DNA of 62,952 nucleotides from positions 1-62,952 of the forward strand of contig JAILAV010000037.1 of NCBI GenBank assembly GCA_024681435.1. The letters are read 5' to 3'. Under the pieces are notes generated by a model. The model searched no databases and was not told where the DNA came from. It was given only the letters and a program-made list of their open reading frames with translations. Source of the stretch: Pseudobutyrivibrio sp. Lineage in GTDB: Bacteria > Bacillota > Clostridia > Lachnospirales > Lachnospiraceae. This document shows, in pieces, positions 59,324 through 62,952 of this stretch; position 1 is the first letter of the stretch; each line of letters begins with the position of its first letter. Made by a program: the position numbers and the translations under genes.

Positions 59324-59980
59324 TCAATAATATTTTCCATCGTAAGGATTATAAAGCCCCATTTGAATAGGCTGTCTTTTATCCTCGTAGCAAAGAGTAA
59401 TGTAAAAATCTCTAAACTCAAATCCCTGTTTGGTCCAGTAGACATTACCCTTTTCACAATCACAATACTCACTGTAATCTACCCACTGCATTACCTGCAT
59501 CAAAGGTCGATCCATCATTTTACAAGTAGCTTCCTTAAAGGTCCATACTTCAGTAAACTTCTTATTAACTTCGCTCTTCTTCAATGAATCTAGATACTCT
59601 AAATCAGACTTAGTAAAAAATCTTTCTACTAAATCTCTATCATAAGGACGGATTCTTTCAACATCTATCCCCACTGGCTTATCTGAAATTGCTGCAACTG
59701 CGAAAAAATTAGAATGAGAAATACTAAAATCTACGTTTTTAGGCTGAATGAAAATAGGTTTCCCCTGAGATGTGGTTGAGTAAACATAAGGACGCTCAAT
59801 ATGATTTTCCCACAGCAACTTTTCCAAAAGATGAGCAGCCCCTAACCTCTCACATTTTCCCTTAAGAGTCTTAGCCTCATCAACATGTGCTCTTCTCTGC
59901 GGACTGACGAACTTATAGACTTCGTCAAAAATAAATGGATTTTGTAGTGCTTCACAATTGTATGCTGCGGCTTTAATCAT
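59324..59980 (-). CDS. 4'-phosphopantetheinyl transferase (Sfp-type)
   Basis: GKP, FSISHS, VGIDVE, WTFKEA..K. Confidence 0.9.
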   Translation of the reverse strand: MIKAAAYNCEALQNPFIFDEVYKFVSPQRRAHVDEAKTLKGKCERLGAAHLLEKLLWENHIERPYVYSTTSQGKPIFIQPKNVDFSISHSNFFAVAAISDKPVGIDVERIRPYDRDLVERFFTKSDLEYLDSLKKSEVNKKFTEVWTFKEATCKMMDRPLMQVMQWVDYSEYCDCEKGNVYWTKQGFEFRDFYITLCYEDKRQPIQMGLYNPYDGKYY

Positions 59981-60075
59981 AAGCTCCTCCCTGTTTTCTT
60001 CTTAATACAAAGTATAACATAGTGGGCTATAAATATGATAAAATTTTCTAAATAGATTAAATTTCGGGGGACGCC

Positions 60076-61233
60076 ATGAAGTTTTTAATTTTCGAAATGA
60101 AGACCGTTTGTTATAACTCATATCTATATTTTGGAGATGCTCTAGGAACCGCCTTAGAAGCCAAAGGTCATAGCGTTGAGTATTTCAAAATCGACGAGGA
60201 TAATCTTGATGATTTAGAGAAATTTGTAGGCATGTCCTATGATGCTTTAATAGATTTTAATTCAGATTTACCTCGTGCTCTTATGGATGATGATTCATTC
60301 TTTATCGACCACATCAATGCTCCTTTCTTTGATGTAATTTTGGATCACCCTCTATATCACCACGATACATTGAAGAACAAACTTAATAATTTCCATGTGA
60401 TATGCCTTGATTCAAAACATAAGGACTACATAAAAAAGTACTACCCTCATATTCAATCTATAGCAGTCACTCCAATGACTGGAGAGCTGGCTTTTGGACA
60501 AGATAGTATTAACTGGGATTCATATAATGAAAGACCTTATGATATATTGCTTTCAGGCACATACACTGACCCAACCAGAATCGAGACTGCAATCAAAAAA
60601 CTTCCTGACTTTTTAGCTCAAAATGTTCACGAGCTTATAGATATGATGCTTGCTGACAGCACTCTTACTATTGAAGATGCTGTTGAGCAGCTTGCTAGAA
60701 ATGAAATATATGACTACATTAATTCCGATTTACCTCTTCATACTCAGACTTTCTATTTAGCTGATACATATGTTAGATGCATTAATAGGAAAAATCTGGT
60801 TCAAAATCTTGATAAATGTAGCCATAACTTCCATATTTTTGGAGCTTTATGGGAAGAGCTAGATTTAAAGCATGCACAGATACACAGAGAAATTCCTTTT
60901 AATCTTACCTTTACTGTTTTTTCAAAGGCTAAGATTTCAGTCAACATTATGCCTAATTTTAAAGCAGGAAGCCATGATAGAGTATTCTCAGCCCAATTAA
61001 ATGGTGCTGTTAGTCTTACTGACCCTACTACGTTGTTACAACAAGAATATTCAAACGGCGAAAATATTTTATTTTACGAATTAGATAATATGGAAAATAT
61101 TCCATCACTTGTAGATGGCAATCTAGATGACTTAGATAAACTCAAAAAAATAGCCCAAAGCGGATATTCAATAGCTAAATCAAATCACACCTGGGCTAAT
61201 ATTGCTGATATTTTATTATCTGAAATTAATTAA
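60076..61233 (+). CDS. Glycosyltransferase-like protein (CgeB/Glyco_trans_1_2 type)
   Basis: LDHPLYH, AKISVNIMP.FK.GSHDRVFSAQLNGAV, HTW. Confidence 0.75.
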   Translation: MKFLIFEMKTVCYNSYLYFGDALGTALEAKGHSVEYFKIDEDNLDDLEKFVGMSYDALIDFNSDLPRALMDDDSFFIDHINAPFFDVILDHPLYHHDTLKNKLNNFHVICLDSKHKDYIKKYYPHIQSIAVTPMTGELAFGQDSINWDSYNERPYDILLSGTYTDPTRIETAIKKLPDFLAQNVHELIDMMLADSTLTIEDAVEQLARNEIYDYINSDLPLHTQTFYLADTYVRCINRKNLVQNLDKCSHNFHIFGALWEELDLKHAQIHREIPFNLTFTVFSKAKISVNIMPNFKAGSHDRVFSAQLNGAVSLTDPTTLLQQEYSNGENILFYELDNMENIPSLVDGNLDDLDKLKKIAQSGYSIAKSNHTWANIADILLSEIN

Positions 61234-62204
61234 TCAATATTCTGCATCTCTTGGAAGAAAGCGAAGTAATCCTTTCTACCTTCTTTTGTAAACTGAATAG
61301 CTGTACGTGGATGCTGATTAAGAAGACCTGTTGTAAGATATTGCATGTCATATCCCCAAACGACCCCCTGCTCCTTCAATGGAAGCATGTAGTCCTCAAC
61401 AAACTTAATTGCATAACGCTCCTTATACTTAGGATTCTTAAGAAAACCTAAAAGTAATTCCATAGCGCAGTTGCCAGCGCCACGGCCCATGCTACAGTAC
61501 GTACCATCAAGGTAATCTACCTTATCACCACAAGCCTCAATAGTATTTGCAAAGGCAAGCTTCTGATTATCATGAGCGTGAATTCCTACCTTCTTGCCAT
61601 ATTTAGCAGCAGCATTACAGTAAACATCTGCAATTCTTTCAATCTGCTCTGGATATAGAGAACCGTAGCTATCTACAATATATATACATGAAATAGGTGT
61701 CTGACAAACCATATCAAGAGCAGCCTTAACATCATCCATCTGAGCAGCAGAAATAGCCATGATATTACATGTAGTCTCATAACCCTTCTTGTCAGCATCC
61801 TCAATCATATCGATTGCTTCAGGCATCTGGTGAAGATATGTAGCTACACGAATTAAATCTACAGGGCTTTCATTCTTCTGATGAATATCTTCTTTATAAT
61901 TACATCTTCCAACATCAGCCATGATAGCAATCTTTAAATCTGTGTCATTATCTCCCACAATAGATCTGATATATTCATCTGATGAAAACTTCCATGGGCC
62001 AAACTTTGACTCATCAAACTGTTCTTTATCAGCGCGATAGCCCATTTCCATATAATCTACGCCAGCCTTTACATTAGTTAAATAAAGAGCCTTTGCAAAC
62101 TCATCTGTAAAATAGAAATCATTGACTAATCCTCCGTCACGAAGTGTAGCATCTACAACTCGTATACTCTTTCTCACCTCAAGGAGTGCTGATACATCTT
62201 TCAT
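61230..62204 (-). CDS. DRE-TIM (HMGL-like) aldolase-family enzyme, catalytic domain only
   Basis: DATLRDGG, VDSYG, GIHAHDN, GRGAGN. Confidence 0.88.
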   Translation of the reverse strand: MKDVSALLEVRKSIRVVDATLRDGGLVNDFYFTDEFAKALYLTNVKAGVDYMEMGYRADKEQFDESKFGPWKFSSDEYIRSIVGDNDTDLKIAIMADVGRCNYKEDIHQKNESPVDLIRVATYLHQMPEAIDMIEDADKKGYETTCNIMAISAAQMDDVKAALDMVCQTPISCIYIVDSYGSLYPEQIERIADVYCNAAAKYGKKVGIHAHDNQKLAFANTIEACGDKVDYLDGTYCSMGRGAGNCAMELLLGFLKNPKYKERYAIKFVEDYMLPLKEQGVVWGYDMQYLTTGLLNQHPRTAIQFTKEGRKDYFAFFQEMQNID

Positions 62205-62232
62205 CTTTTATGTCCTCCAAATATTTCTAATT

Positions 62233-62289
62233 CACTTTAGCGATTAAAAGCGATAAAGCAAGTATATCCATAAACTATACTAAAGTCAA
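62233..62289 (-). promoter_or_regulatory. Sigma-A promoter plus quasi-palindromic operator of the DRE-TIM gene
   Basis: TTGACT-17bp-TATACT (62289-62261); CTTTATCGCTTTTAATCGCTAAAG immediately downstream. Confidence 0.68.
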
Positions 62290-62302
62290 ATATGAACTTT
62301 TT

Positions 62303-62334
62303 AAAAGGCGTCTTAGAAAAATCTAAGCCGCCTT
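62303..62334 (-). terminator. Terminator after the small hypothetical gene
   Basis: AAGGCGGCTTAGA/TCTAAGACGCCTT followed by TT. Confidence 0.6.
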
Positions 62335-62343
62335 CAAAATTCT

Positions 62344-62511
62344 TTATTCCTCTTCTGCGTTTATAGCTGCATCAATGATTGTCATTAGCTCCATGGCACT
62401 ACGGAAGTTTAACTTTTCATCTTTATCAGCCCATGTAATCTGTCCCTGCCAAGTATTATTCTCTGCTGTATTTACATGAATAACAAATGTACCTTCTTGT
62501 TTATTTGCCAT
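62344..62511 (-). CDS. Small hypothetical protein (55 aa)
   Basis: ATG 62511 behind GGGAGG; TFVIHV...NTWQG.I.W...FRSAMEL. Confidence 0.7.
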   Translation of the reverse strand: MANKQEGTFVIHVNTAENNTWQGQITWADKDEKLNFRSAMELMTIIDAAINAEEE

Positions 62512-62597
62512 ATGAACATCCTCCCACATCAACTAAACATTAACCAACTGAAAATATAATAACACTTTAGCCATTATATAAATCGTTATATAAAATA

Positions 62598-62952
62598 TTA
62601 TTCAAAATCCAACTCAATAGGACAATGGTCTGAGCCCATTATATCAGTATGGATTTTGGCATCTTTCATTCTATCCTTCATATCTTCTGATACGATAAAG
62701 TAATCAATACGCCATCCTGCATTCTTCTCTCGTGCATGGAAACGGTATGACCACCAAGAGTAAATATCATCCATATCTGGATAGAAATATCTAAAGCTAT
62801 CTACAAAGCCTGCTCCTAGAAGCTCTGTCATTTTGTCACGTTCTTCATCGGTAAAGCCTGCATTGCGACGATTGGTTTTAGGATTTTTAAGGTCAATCTC
62901 CTTATGAGCAACATTTAAATCACCACAGAGAATAACCCCCTTCTTCTTATTT
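62598..62952 (-). CDS. xth: Exodeoxyribonuclease III, C-terminal part (5' end outside window)
   Basis: Frame continues upstream as [18 protein letters not shown]; YSWWSYR, GWRIDY, GSDHCP. Confidence 0.95.
   Translation of the reverse strand, partial: NKKKGVILCGDLNVAHKEIDLKNPKTNRRNAGFTDEERDKMTELLGAGFVDSFRYFYPDMDDIYSWWSYRFHAREKNAGWRIDYFIVSEDMKDRMKDAKIHTDIMGSDHCPIELDFE

Noticed and set aside
62561-62570. AACACTTTAG half-motif (also reversed near 629-638)
   Set aside because: Only a single half-site without the extended match; too short to call.

Overview
Low-GC Firmicutes chromosomal segment; gene content and order point to Lachnospiraceae (Butyrivibrio/Pseudobutyrivibrio-like; inference). Most genes lie on the - strand. 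It is largely core genome: hisHF, cheV, an OmpR-type two-component pair, secG-rnr-smpB-maf-tmRNA, aroC-tgt-yajC, mtaB-ireB-ruvX-rnj-trmR-U32, glnS-prmA-rsmE-iscS-thiI, a ChvE/GguAB-type sugar ABC transporter with a YesM/YesN-type sensor cluster, azlCD, ilvNC and xth. No transposase, integrase, prophage, CRISPR, tRNA or rRNA was found. Best leads: (1) a dispersed ~95-bp GTAG-started hairpin repeat with three full copies, one truncated copy and compensatory base changes; (2) an apparently catalytically dead AP2-HNH-AP2 protein between azlCD and ilvC; (3) an uncharacterised four-gene operon (Ig/TPR-like giant, degenerate Hsp70-like protein, TPR protein, coiled-coil membrane protein) whose promoter spacer is an NrdR-box-like palindrome; (4) a Derlin/rhomboid-like pseudoprotease with an AN1-like zinc finger; (5) an acidic membrane-anchored scaffold next to cheV; (6) an operator-like motif shared by ilvNC and an orphan DRE-TIM enzyme. 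All family assignments come from motif recognition by eye, without database searches.
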